DNA of 64,000 nt from Octopus vulgaris (Eukaryota), in contig OX597823.1 in assembly GCA_951406725.2 (NCBI GenBank), forward strand, positions 96,162,001 to 96,226,000, written 5' to 3'. The position numbers and the translations under genes were made by a program. Below, piece after piece: positions 40,024-52,850 of this stretch (positions within the stretch are counted from its first letter, which is position 1; each line of letters begins with the position of its first letter). The notes under the pieces were generated by a model. The model was not told the DNA's origin and searched no databases. It saw nothing but the letters and a program-made list of their open reading frames with translations.

Positions 40024-40613
40024 GGTGAACAAACCTCTCAGAACAAATGTGTTGTCTGCTTCAAGCAATTTCTAATTGTCTGTTAGCGAATATGTCTGGC
40101 TACTTTCATGCATACTTACATAATATATGTATCAATTGAGCGAGTGAGAGTAGTTGTAGGAGTGTAAGTGGTGGTAAGGGGGAGGAGGGGAGGCATGGGA
40201 GTGAAGGACTAGCATTTGGGATTGGGTGTTGTATGGAAGTGAGAGGAGGAGGGGAAAAGAGAACAAGAGAAAGAGTGTGGGGGAGGGGGGATTAAATGCG
40301 AGTATGTCTCTATCTATATATATCTCTATATTATAAATCTGAAATGCCAAAAGTTTGTTTGTTTATTTGAGAACGGGTTGATTTCACCCTATATCATTTT
40401 TCATCCCAGTAAAAATCCTGTAGCATCTTATTTTGGCAGCACGCTGACGGGAGGAGGATGGTGACATACTTTCATTCACAGTTTGAATTTGGTGGTACTG
40501 GTAATGGCTTACACTGGCTGTGATACTACGAGTTGATGTGATGTCTTCTAGTGCCTTCAAATTTAATACACAATTATTAATGATTGAGACGCAATTATTT
40601 ATAATTGTAGAGT

Positions 40614-40704
40614 CCTACGCTGAGGAGGAAAATAGTTGGGTAAGACATAATTATTTAATTTTTGTGCTTTTCTATGGCTTAATTCCGAAACGTACGTCCG
40701 TAGG
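40614..40704 (+). ncRNA. Hammerhead ribozyme, canonical core, 52-nt loop II
   Basis: CCUACG CUGAGGA GGAA-(52 nt)-UUCC GAA ACGUACGU C CGUAGG; predicted cleavage after 40698. Confidence 0.8.
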
Positions 40705-41249
40705 TGACCTAATGTAGAATGATTATCGTCATTTCTTTCTCTTTTGTCTGCGTTGTTTGCCTTTTAAGTGCTGTGGTTTTACTGGGATCTCCCTTTTAAG
40801 TAGAAAGAATAGCCCAAACTCTTTTGACTGCTATTTCTAAATCCGGTGTGTGGTGAGGCAAATCGTTGCTAAACCCTTAATTACTTAGTATTACTTAAAC
40901 CTTCCTTGAATGGGGCTTTTACATGCCGAAATCTACTTGGTGAAATTAATGATTATTCCAAATTAATTAATTTCACCCTATATTATTATTGATAATTATA
41001 TATATATATATATATATATAATAGAAATATTAAAATTACTAAGTCTCTCTAAAAGAGATTACGGCAGCGTTACTGGAAATTAATTGTTATCGCCATATTA
41101 ATATGGCAGTGTTATAGATATAAGACTAAAAGCTGTCGCTGATTATCCCCATGAGGCCATCGCCTTAAGATAGCTATTTGACACACAAACTGTGTCCATT
41201 ATAACCTTCGAACAAGGAAGGTCAGCCGCTTCACACTGCTAGTCAGACA

Positions 41250-41292
41250 GCTACAGACGCGTTTCAGGGTATTTGCCCTTTGTCAATGTAGC
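41250..41292 (-). ncRNA. Minimal hammerhead ribozyme, U3-A8 variant
   Basis: GCUACA UUGACAA AGGG-CAAAUA-CCCU GAA ACGCGU C UGUAGC. Confidence 0.78.
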
Positions 41293-41601
41293 GTAGTCGA
41301 CCCAGCAGGTATCACCACTGATCGTCTCTTCGAAGGTTTTATTTACCTAGTTTCGGTGGAATACATCCACTTGTTTTCAATAATAGAAATATTAAAATTA
41401 CTAAGTCTCTCTAAAAGAGATTACGGCAGCGTTACTGGAAATTAATTGTTATCGCCATATTAATATGGCAGTGTTATAGATATAAGACTAAAAGCTGTCG
41501 CTGATTAGCTCCATGAGGCCATCGCCTTAAGATAGCTATTTGACACACAAACTGTGTCCATTATAACCTTCGAACAAGGGAGGTCAGCCGCTTCACACTA
41601 C

Positions 41602-41644
41602 GCTACATTGACAAAGGGCAAATACCCTGAAACGCGTCTGTAGC
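41602..41644 (+). ncRNA. Minimal hammerhead ribozyme, U3-A8 variant (inverted copy)
   Basis: Identical motif on the plus strand; predicted cleavage after 41638. Confidence 0.78.
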
Positions 41645-42111
41645 TGTTTGACTAGCAGTGTGAAGCGGCTGACCTCCCTTGTTCGAAGGTTATAATGGAC
41701 ACAGTTTGTGTGTCAAATAGCTATCTTAAGGCGATGGCCTCATGGAGCTAATCAGCAACAGCTTTTAGTCTTATATCTATAACACTGCCATATTAATATG
41801 GCGATAACAATTAATATATATATATATATATATATATTAACAAATGAATAATAATAGATGAATGTATGTGACCCTTCCATGAATTATGAGCAGAGAATAT
41901 ACAGGGATTATCTCAAAAGGTCGATAAAATCAAGTGTAAAGATTTCAGGTATCGAAAACCCATGATGTGGGTGGGTGATGGAGTGAGAAAGGTTTTTAAC
42001 CCCAAACAATAAAAGAAAAAAATGTCGCAAGGAATTTTGGGTTTGAAGCACCACCATTTGAACCACCCACCTGGAATAAATAATAATACGAAGAAATCAT
42101 TATAAACTTAC

Positions 42112-42254
42112 CTGTAATCTAAGTCAGGTGTAATAAAAACCATGCTTCCAATGTGTAAACCATCCATAATGGTTGAAGAGAAGAGGAAAGCTAGCATCAG
42201 TTTCTGATAAAGTCCACATCCTCCAATTGTCCCAATCACTTCTTCGTAGTCCAT
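42112..42254 (-). CDS. SLC22-family transporter, first coding exon (probable original copy)
   Basis: MDYEEVIGTIGGCGLYQK...DY(R) resembles the SLC22 N-terminus/TM1; the phase-2 donor GTAAGT joins in frame to exon 30887-30665 (DYR|CAIPG). Confidence 0.85.
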
Positions 42255-43077
42255 GGTGAACAAACCTCTCAGAACAAATGTGTCGTCTGCTTCAAGCAAT
42301 TTCTAATTGTGTCTGTTAGCGAATATGTCTGGCTACTTTCATGCATACATACATAATATATGTATCAATTGAGCAAGTGAGAGTAGCTGTAGGAGTGTAA
42401 GTGGTGGTAAGGGGGAGGAGAGGAGGCATGGGAGTGAGGAACTAGCATTTGGGATTGGGTGTTGTATGGAAGTGAGAGGAGGAGGGGAAAAGAGAACAAG
42501 AGAAAGAGTGTGTGGGAGGGGGAGATTAAATGTGAGTATATCTCTATCTATATATATCTCTATATTATAAATCTGAAATGCCAAAAGTTTGTTTGTTTGT
42601 CTGATTTTGGCATTGAGAACGGGTTAAAGGCCACTAGATCCCGTCGGATTGACTCCGAAATTTACAGGGACATGTAAAATGAGGTGAGGTTGCTAGGGCC
42701 AAGAACGCACTTTGACAAGTCTACTCTCATTCTTTTATGTATCTGTCTTCCTCCGTCACTCACTCTCTTTCCTCCCTTCCCATCACTTTCTATATATAAC
42801 GTTGTTTCACGGCGTCTATCTCCCTTACCTTCACTTTCTCTTTATGACGTCGTGTCACGGCGTCCTCAATCTCCCCCTCCTCCCCGCCTTCGACAGCGCT
42901 TTCACACACACTCTCTCTCTACGTCTGTCTGCATTCATAGAGAGAATTATCATCGCCACATCCACCACACAATCATGAGAACAAATAATATGAATCAGAT
43001 ATTTATTGGGTTAATTTATATATGTGTGTGTGTGTATGTGTGTGTGTGTTCTATATATAAATATGTATATATAATGT

Positions 43078-43196
43078 ATTGAGAGGAAGTAGGAGATTCT
43101 GTAATTGCTAGCGATATTCACTCCACAGACTGGTCTTGTTGGTGGTCCTGCTATAGGGTCAGTGGTTACTTTATGGTCCTTGCGAAGTCCATACAA
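43078..43196 (-). mobile_element. ~118-bp PLE RT fragment
   Basis: Near-identical to 34435-34553 (LYGLRKDHKVTTDPIAGPPTRPVCG). Confidence 0.85.
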
Positions 43197-43509
43197 AGTG
43201 TATATATCTGTATTGATGTATATTAAACTTTTTAATACTTTTTGATAGTTATATATATCTAAAAAAAAATTATAAATATAAATTAAAAATTTTAATTTTA
43301 AATTTAAATAATTTAAATTTTTCAATTTTATATTTTATATATTTTGTATATTATATTTTTATTTTTATGTTTTGGTTTATGTTTTTCACTGTTTGATTTG
43401 CCTATTAGTGGTTTTATCTCTAATTTAATTCATACATATATATATATAAAATTTGTATACATTTGTATATATAATGCGTGCACACACACGCTCACACACA
43501 CACACACAC

Positions 43510-43550
<41 letters not shown>

Positions 43551-44351
43551 CATTATGAGGTCGGTTGAGCTGAAAATATGCACACCTATGTTAAAAGTGC
43601 TGGCAAGTTTGCATGACGACAATTTTTTTCCTCAAATGAAAGGCGTGACCTCTAGGACAAAATTCCTCATCTTATAAAATGTAGCCCCAGTAGACCCGAA
43701 TGAAATCGGGTTATATTAACCAAAATGTGAAAAGGGGTCTAAATGGGGCTGGACGGAGATTAAAATTTAAAGGAGTGGGCGTTTAGGAATTCTCTGTTAC
43801 ATCAAGCTAAAAAATTTGCGCCAGCCTTTTAATCGTCAATGTGTTGCCGTCCGTGATGAAGTTTTGAATGCTTGCCATGGTGAGTCTACTGTCGTGAGAA
43901 AGAATCACCTCAAAACTTGGTGTTTAGGAATTTTCTTTTACATCAAGTTCAAAATACACCAGCCGTTAAACTGCCACTATGTTACTGTCCGTCGTTAAGA
44001 AATGCCAGCCATGATGACTCTACTATCCTCAGATTCTATCCCTTCAAACTTTGGTTTCCAATATTTTATTATTTTTATTCAGCTCGCAAGTTCGTCTGTC
44101 CCTTTTAAATGTTAGTGTTTTGCTTTCTGCCTTGAAGCAGACATTTCCGTTGTCACTGCCTGATATTTATGATTGATCTTTCAAACTACTTTCTTTCTCA
44201 AATTACTCAAGATCTTTTGTTGTTTATAAATGGGAGAGAGATAGATAGAGAAAGATAGAGAATAAGAGAAAGCGAGGGAGAGGCCGAGAGAAAGGAAGAG
44301 TAAGAGAGTGGGAAAGGGAGAGAGAAAGGAGAGAGAAACAAAGAGGGAGAA

Positions 44352-44680
44352 TCATCATCATCATCGTCATCATCATCATTTAACGTCCGTTTTCCGTGCT
44401 AGCAAGGGTTGGACGATTTGACCGGGGTCTGGGAAGCCAGGAGGCTGCACCAGGCTCCAGTCTAATCTGGCAGTGTTTCTACAGCTGGATGCCCTTCTTA
44501 ACGCCAACCACTCCGTGATTATAGTGGGTGCTTTTTTCGTGCCACCGGCACAGGTGTCACGGGGTGAGGGTCACTGACAGCGGCCACGATTGGTTGGTGC
44601 TTTTTACGTGCCACCGGCACAGAAGCCAGTCAATGCGGCGCTGCCATCGGCCACGTTCGGATGGTGCTTTTTACGTGCCA
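44352..44680 (-). mobile_element. RTE 3'UTR fragment
   Basis: (CAT)n tail plus the shared 3'UTR (CAGCTGGATGCCCTT...GCCAACCACTCC). Confidence 0.85.
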
Positions 44681-44745
44681 AAAGGAAGCAACAGAAAGTA
44701 ACAACCACACTCTTACCCACGCGTAGAGCGGGTCACATTAAGCTA

Positions 44746-44790
<45 letters not shown>

Positions 44791-44791
44791 C

Positions 44792-44822
<31 letters not shown>

Positions 44823-44900
44823 TGTATGTATGTATGTATGTATGTATGTATGTATGTATGTATGCATGCATGCATGCATGTATGTATGTATGTATGTATG

Positions 44901-44946
<46 letters not shown>

Positions 44947-45073
44947 TATGCAATGTATGAAATAATGGTTGGATCTATTCTATTTGTAATATTTGTATTT
45001 AATACATTTGTTACAGTATGTATGTATATGTGTTATATATATATATATCATGTGTGTGTGTGTGCATGCACAC

Positions 45074-45136
<63 letters not shown>

Positions 45137-45807
45137 ATTATAAAGTCCAACATGCGGAAATACAGGCTGCTGCAGAAGTAACACTCTTTTTGCATTTAAT
45201 AACTTTGATACTATATACGAGATGTTTATTAAGTAACTTTTTTTTATTGATCCCAAATTTATTGCATTACTTAAAGTAATGAATAATAAACCAATGAAAA
45301 AAAATCGCAGAAGTTTTAGGAAATGAGAAAGAGACTCATTTAGAAATTAGAAAACGTAAATACAAAAAAAAAAAAGCATTACTTCTGCCGCATTGAAATG
45401 ATAAAAAGATGAGAACATTTATCAGAGAAAAACAGAAAGAAAATCTACACCGGATTTAAGACAACCTCTTCATGTTGGAATAAAATGGAACGAAGCATTG
45501 AAATATATTAAATTAAACTTTCAGAATATCACTTCTGGAAGCTCATATCTTTTTATTAGTAAAATCTACATGGTGCTGTATTTCGAGTCCTTCAGAATGC
45601 TGCCAGTTGGTGGTGATGGCCACTTTGTAAAAGTGGTGATATTTTGAAAGTTAAATTCCATGTATTTCAATTTTTCTTTCCATTTTATTCCAGCAGGAAA
45701 AGCTCGTCTTAAATGGCCGAAACCAGTTCATATTTTCTTTGCTTTTTGCCATATTAAAGCTCACTAAGCATTTCCATCTTCTTGGTTTTTTCAACACATA
45801 CACACAC

Positions 45808-45925
<118 letters not shown>

Positions 45926-46153
45926 GTATATGTGTGTGTAGACACATAACTGAGTGGCTGTGTGGCAAGAAGCTTGCTTCTCAACCATATGATTCTGGGT
46001 TCAGTCCCACTGAGTGGCAGCTTGGGCAAGTATCTTTTACTATAGCTTCAGACAGAGTGGGGTGGATTTGGTAGATGGAAACTGAAAGAAGCCCATCATG
46101 TATATATATGTATATATATATATATGTATATGTGTGTGTGTGTGTGTGTGTGA

Positions 46154-46320
46154 TCAAACCCTGAAAATCACAATGAAAGGCTCCAAGAACTAAAACAAGC
46201 ACTACTTAAAAGACAATACCCATTGATGCTTATAGACAACGGAATAGAACGTGCGAAAGCAATAAACATCGAAGAACAACGGAAAACGTTCCAGATACAC
46301 CCAACAATCTACCCTTTATT
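46154..46320 (+). mobile_element. PLE ORF relic
   Basis: SNPENHNERLQELKQALLKRQYPLMLIDNGIERAKAINIEE resembles the post-RT helix of PLEs. Confidence 0.55.
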
Positions 46321-46476
46321 GGCGTAGCAGAGGACTTCAGCAGCATATCAGCTGACTCCAGTAAGAGAGAGAGACCTAGAAAAGGTGGTCTAAAGAAAGC
46401 CTGCCCTACACCGTTTGGCCAGCTTACAGCGGCTGACAGACTTATCACTGGCGGTCGATTCCAACTGAAAAAGGAG

Positions 46477-47400
46477 CGGGAGGAAGGAATGTTGAACATT
46501 CCAGAGAGGGAGATTTTAGAGGTGAATGGGAGGAAGGGGAGGAAGGAAAGTTGAACATTCCAGAGATGGGGATTTGAGAGGTAAAGGGGAGGATGGGGAG
46601 AAAGGAATGTTGAACATTCCAGAGAGGGGGATTTGAGAGGTGAAGGGGAGGAAGTGGAGGACGGAATGTTGAACATTCCAGAGAGGGGGATTTGAGAGGT
46701 GAATGGGAGGAAGGGGAGGAAGGAATGTTGAACATTCCAGAGAGGGGGATTTGAGAGGTGAATGGGAGGAAGGGAAGGGAGGAATGTTGAACATTCCAGA
46801 GAGGGGGATTTGAGAGGTGAAGGGGAGGAAGTGGAGGAAGGAATGTTGAACATTCCAGAGATGGGAATTTGAGAGGTGAAGGGGAGGAAGGGGAGGATGG
46901 AATGTTGAACATTCCAGAGAAGGGGATTTGAGAAGTGAAGGGGAGGAAGTGGAGAAAGAATGTTGAACATTCCAGAGATGGGGATTTGAGAGGTGAAGGG
47001 GAGGAAGGGGAGGATGGAATGTTGAACATTCCAGAGAAGGGGATTTGAGAGGTGAAGGGGAGGAAGTGGAGAAAGAATGTTGAACATTCCAGAGAGGAGG
47101 ATTTTAGAGGTGAATGTGAGGACGGGGAGGAAGGAAAGTTGAACATTCCAGAGAGGGGTATTTGAGAGGTAAACGGGAGGAAGGGGTGACAAGAATGTTG
47201 AACATTCCAGAGAGGGGGATTTGAGAGGTGAAGGGGAGGAATTTGAGGAAGGAATGTTGAACATTCTAGAGAGGGGGATTTGAGAGGTGAATGGGAGGAA
47301 GGGAAGGAATGAATGTTGAACATTCCAGAGAGGGGGATTTTAGAGGTGAAGGGGAGTAATGGGGGGGGGGGAATGTTGAACATTCCAGAGAGGGGAATTT
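46477..47400 (+). repeat. Purine-rich ~58-60-bp minisatellite, ~16 copies
   Basis: Unit approximately GAATGTTGAACATTCCAGAGAGGGGGATTTGAGAGGTGAAGGGGAGGAAGGGGAGGAAG. Confidence 0.95.
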
Positions 47401-47484
47401 GTTGGAAAAAGAGTAAAAGAGTAAAAGAGTTACTTCCCTTCGAAAAATTCTTGTCGCCAACAAAAATGGCTGAAACCAAGACCT

Positions 47485-47525
47485 TGGAAGATTGATAAGC
47501 GTAGGACGCGAAACCGGTACTCCCA
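47485..47525 (+). ncRNA. Minimal hammerhead motif, U3-A8 variant, imperfect stem I
   Basis: UUGAUAA GCGU-AGG-ACGC GAA ACCGGU A CUCCCA. Confidence 0.6.
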
Positions 47526-47710
47526 GTTTATTACATAATGTTGTAATACAACTGTTTGTTTTATTATGATCCTAATATTGGCATAAATTTTATTATACAA
47601 ACCTCCTGTGCGTGTTTACATATTTTACTTTCTAATGTATTTACAACCTCGTCTATACAACATCAGACGCCTTTATGTTATATATCTATATATATGTATG
47701 TATATGTTTA

Positions 47711-47795
<85 letters not shown>

Positions 47796-47797
<2 letters not shown>

Positions 47798-48770
47798 TAA
47801 GATGTACCTAGTGTAAGCCATAGACACATAAGAGGTGCAGTAATATCAAAGGAAGGCTAACTGGGAAGATAGTTTTTTGTATGTAGCAAATACTCAGGAG
47901 CAATAAACACTGAAAATGTGCAGAGAACAAATTCCGTCACATTCCAGGGAGAAAAACTTCAAGTAGTTGATAGCTTCCGTTACCAAGGTGACCAAGTCAG
48001 TAGCGGGCGTGAACTAGACTAGGTAAAGTTCAGAGAGCTCCTACATCTGCAGGTGACAAAGGGCCTCTCGCTCAAGGGAAAAGGTAGACTGTATGACGCA
48101 TGTGTACAAACAGCCATGCTACATGGAAGTGATGCATGGGCCATGACTGCGGAGGATATGCGTAAGCTTGCAAGGAACGAAGCCAGTATGCTCCAATGGA
48201 TGTGTAATATCAGTGTGCATACTCAACAGAGTGTAAGTACCCTGAGAGAAAAGTTGGACTTAACAAGCATCAGATGTGGTGTGCAAGAGAGACGACTGCA
48301 TTGGTATGGCCATGTGGCGAGAATGGATGAGGACAGCCGTGTGAAAAAGTGTCACACCCTAGCAGTTGAGGGAACGTGTGGAAGAGGTAGACCCAGGAAG
48401 ACTTGGGATGAGGTGGTGAAGCACGACCTTCGAACATTGGGCCTCACCGAGGCAATGACTAGTGACCGAAACCTTTGGAGATATGCTGTGCTCGAGAAGA
48501 CCCAGCTACCCAAGTCGGACAATAACCCGTGGCCGATGCTAGTGGTGTATAACCATCCCACTTATGAGTACCCTTCATTCATTGGACAATAAACTATGTT
48601 TGCGAAGACCTGTTGAGGCAAGTGAAATCGAAATCGCTGTCGTGGCCGATGAGAGTACCGCCTGATTGGCACCCTACCCATGGAACGTTAAAAGCACCAT
48701 TCGATCGTGATCGTTGCCAGCGTTACCTTGTTGGCTCCTGTGCCGCTGGCACGTAAAAAAACACCATTCG
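47796..48770 (+). mobile_element. RTE LINE 3' fragment
   Basis: THKRCSNIKGRL cysteine-rich insert, KGRLYDACV, LHWYGHV, GRGRPRKTW, partial 3'UTR. Confidence 0.9.
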
Positions 48771-49037
48771 ATTTAGAACCTGCGGACTTCCATATCTTTC
48801 CTAAGATGAAAATGCAGGTCAAAGGTCACTGTTTTAACAGCGTTGTTGAGATGAAGAGTGAATCGCAGAAGGTCCTCAACTAATGGAAAACAACTTCCAG
48901 GCCGGATTCCAAAAGTGGCAGGAACACCTGGACCGGGGTGCATTGCTGGGCAAGGCAACTATTTTCAAGGAGAGGAGGTTAAAAACTGAGATAATAAGTT
49001 ATTTTTTTATTAAACATAACTACTCCAGGATACCATC

Positions 49038-49040
<3 letters not shown>
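48771..49040 (+). mobile_element. Mariner 3' fragment
   Basis: DLEPADFHIFPKMKMQVKGHCF...FQKWQEH...GNYFQG-like C-terminus. Confidence 0.7.
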
Positions 49041-49075
<35 letters not shown>

Positions 49076-49076
49076 G

Positions 49077-49168
<92 letters not shown>

Positions 49169-49208
49169 TAAATATATTTAAAAAAGGAGATATGGAACAC
49201 GAGTTGTG

Positions 49209-49451
49209 ATATATAAAAAAGGAAATGAAGAAAATGCTGACAAAATAATTTAAGTAAGGGAGAGTGTATTTAATTAGGTGAAAGTTCTTTTTACCGGTTG
49301 CGCATTTGTTAGGAACTCTATCTCACTCAAAATATCTTTTGATAAGCATAACAAATGCGCAACCGGTAAAAAGAACTTTCACCTAATTAAATACACTCTC
49401 CCTTACTTAAATTATTTTGTCAGCATTTTCTTCATTTCCTTTTTTTATATA
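49209..49451. repeat. Fold-back repeat (~100-bp arms) with a degenerate U3-A8 hammerhead at the centre
   Basis: Arms 49209-49311 and 49349-49451; UUGAUAA GCAU-AACAA-AUGC GCA ACCGGU A at ~49339-49368. Confidence 0.8.
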
Positions 49452-49481
49452 TAAATATATATATACATATACACACTCACA

Positions 49482-49638
<157 letters not shown>

Positions 49639-49845
49639 CAAAATAAGAAAATGGAGAAGCACATCTCAATCAATGATCAACTACCAGATAATACCCAATC
49701 ACATAATTTATTAAACCACTACATATGAACATTAAGGTCAAACATAATAATATTGAACAAAACAATGTACATGAAAGAGTAATATGATCCAATAAGTACA
49801 GTATGTATAAGTGAATATAAATAAATACAAATATAAATATAAACT

Positions 49846-49975
49846 ACATCTTACAGCTGTTTCGGCCATGCAGATATGGGTGTCTCATTATGCTCATATT
49901 AGCCATATGTGATAGGTCAATATGTAGTTATAAATGAGACACTTACAAAAATAACCCAAGGCCTCTTCAGAGTTT
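49846..49975 (-). ncRNA. Hammerhead ribozyme motif, 92-nt loop II
   Basis: CUGAAGA GGCC-(92 nt with internal GUGUCUCAUU/AAUGAGACAC stem)-GGCC GAA ACAGCUGU A; stem I only partly paired. Confidence 0.65.
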
Positions 49976-50394
49976 ATGAAATACAAACTAAATTAAATAT
50001 GAATATCAGAGGAGGTACACCCATACAAGAGTGGGTACATACCCATAATATATAATATACACATACATATGAGTGCATATGCCCATACTCCTATACATAT
50101 ATATATACATATACATAATAATATAAATCAATATACATACATATGTTCTATATTCAATGTTACAGTTGGTCAATACAATATTATGATATCACAATGTAGA
50201 AAGCATACACATATTCATATTCAAGTGCAGATATACAAAGTCCAGAGTACATTATATTAAGTTACAAAATGTCATTAATATTAACATCATTACTATTATC
50301 ATTACCACTACTGCTATTAATATCATTATTATTATTATTAATAACATTAATACCAGCAAAACAACAACAATAATACTACAGTACCATATACATA

Positions 50395-50428
<34 letters not shown>

Positions 50429-50473
50429 CATATATATACATATATATATATACATATATATACATATATATAC

Positions 50474-50536
<63 letters not shown>

Positions 50537-50551
50537 CACATATATTTATAC

Positions 50552-50583
<32 letters not shown>

Positions 50584-50619
50584 AAATAAATATATATATG
50601 TATATACATGTATAAATAC

Positions 50620-50664
<45 letters not shown>

Positions 50665-50748
50665 CATATATATACACACGTCCTCGCGTTGTACTTTCTC
50701 TTTGTGTTTTCATGCTTGGATTCACTACATATATACATATATACATAT

Positions 50749-50849
<101 letters not shown>

Positions 50850-50959
50850 TATGTATATATATATATATATATATATACACATACATACATACATACATAC
50901 ATACATACATACATACATACATACATACACACAAACACACACACATATTTATATATATA

Positions 50960-51455
50960 ATCGAAATCAAGTTTGATGACAGTACCACTTGACTGGCATC
51001 CGTGCTAGTGGAGCGCTAATAGTACCATCCGAGCGTCATCGTTGCCAGGGCTGCAGACTGGCTCCCATACCGGTGGCACGTAAAAAGTATCATTCGAGTG
51101 TGATCGTCACCAGCGTCGCCTTACTGGCACTTGTGCTGGTGGCACATGAAAGACAACATTCGAGCGAGGTAGTTGCCAGTGCCGCTAGACTGGCTCCTAT
51201 GCAGGTGGCACGTAAAAAGCACCTTTTGAGCGTGGGCGTTGCCAGTACCGACCAACTGGCTCTCGTGCCGGTGGCATGTAAAAGCACTCACTACACTCTC
51301 GGAGTGGTTGGCGTTAGGAAGGGCATCGAGTTGTAGAAACTCTGCCAGATCAGATTGGAGCCTGGGTCAGCCATCTGGCTCGCCAGCCCTCAGTCAATCT
51401 GACCAACCTATGGTAGCATGGAAAGCGGACATTAAACGACGACGACGATGATGAT
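50960..51455 (+). mobile_element. RTE 3'UTR fragment with internal repeats
   Basis: Repeated GGTGGCACGTAAAAA units, shared terminus and (GAC/GAT)n tail. Confidence 0.85.
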
Positions 51456-51484
51456 ATATATATATACATATTTATACATACATG

Positions 51485-51532
<48 letters not shown>

Positions 51533-51620
51533 TATATATATACATATGTATATATACACACACACATATATATATATATACATATATATACCTATACATA
51601 TATTATATATATATATATAT

Positions 51621-51665
<45 letters not shown>

Positions 51666-51707
51666 CACACACACATAATATACATATCACACACACACAG
51701 GCACACT

Positions 51708-51900
51708 GCCGTTTAATGTCCACTTTCCATGCTGGTATGTGTTGGACGGTTTGACTGAGGACTGGCGAACCAGAAGGCTACACCAGGCTCCAATCTGATC
51801 TGGCAAAGTTTCTACAGCTGGATGACCTTCCTAACGCCAACCACTCCGAGAGTGTAGTAGTTGGTTTTATGTGCCACCTGCACGAGGGTCAGTCAGGCGG
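51708..51900 (-). mobile_element. RTE 3' terminal fragment
   Basis: CGTTTAATGTCCACTTTCCATGCTGG...CTAACGCCAACCACTCCG. Confidence 0.8.
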
Positions 51901-51929
51901 TGAATAAATAAGCATTACTTTCGATAGAA

Positions 51930-52314
<385 letters not shown>

Positions 52315-52357
52315 CTATTTATAGCAATGGGTGTCCACATAGTGGTTTCCCTCTAAT

Positions 52358-52392
<35 letters not shown>

Positions 52393-52393
52393 G

Positions 52394-52452
<59 letters not shown>

Positions 52453-52599
52453 ACAAATTTTTTAAACCTTCAGTTTTTTATGCTAGACCACTGGTGTGAA
52501 ATCGATGTCAATTAAATTAATATCTAATTTCTCACCCTTTTAAATTTTATCACCATTTAAAATTTTATACATACATATATATATATATATATATAGGGA

Positions 52600-52850
52600 G
52601 AGTTTATGAAAAAAACAAAAGACGAAGACAGGTGGTGTACAAAACAAACAGATGTATTAGTATAACGCTCAGGAATAGAAAAAGTCTGTTACGTTTCGAG
52701 CCTACGATCTTCTACAGAAAGGGATACAGAAAAAAAACAAGGAGAGAAAAAAATGTGTGTAGTGGCTAACGATCTATCATGGCGACTGACTTCGGACAGA
52801 AGGGTCACACACGAGAGGGAAGAAGTAGGGGAGATAACAAAGTAAAAATG
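52600..52850 (-). mobile_element. PLE-type terminal repeat with hammerhead-like motif (52685-52721)
   Basis: CUGUAGA A GAUC-GUAG-GCUC GAA ACGU A; homologous to 63540-63700. Confidence 0.6.

Larger units (their letters stand above)
41021..41815 (-). mobile_element. Retrozyme-like element: 362-nt monomer, partial tandem copy and inverted segment, within (TA)n
   Basis: ATAGAAATATTAAAATTAC at 41021 and 41383; 41598-41815 is inverted; no ORF. Confidence 0.8.

Noticed and set aside
39877-40068. 63-aa MLEAD... ORFs (three copies) as a small-protein family
   Set aside because: They begin at a TTG; the real start is the downstream ATG and the stop lies inside the GTAAGT splice donor.
46477-47400. 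CRISPR-like look (constant palindromic GAATGTTGAACATTCCAGAG with intervening sequence) and two 344-aa ORFs
   Set aside because: The intervening parts are variants of one another, not unique spacers; the context is eukaryotic with no cas genes; the ORFs are repeat read-through.
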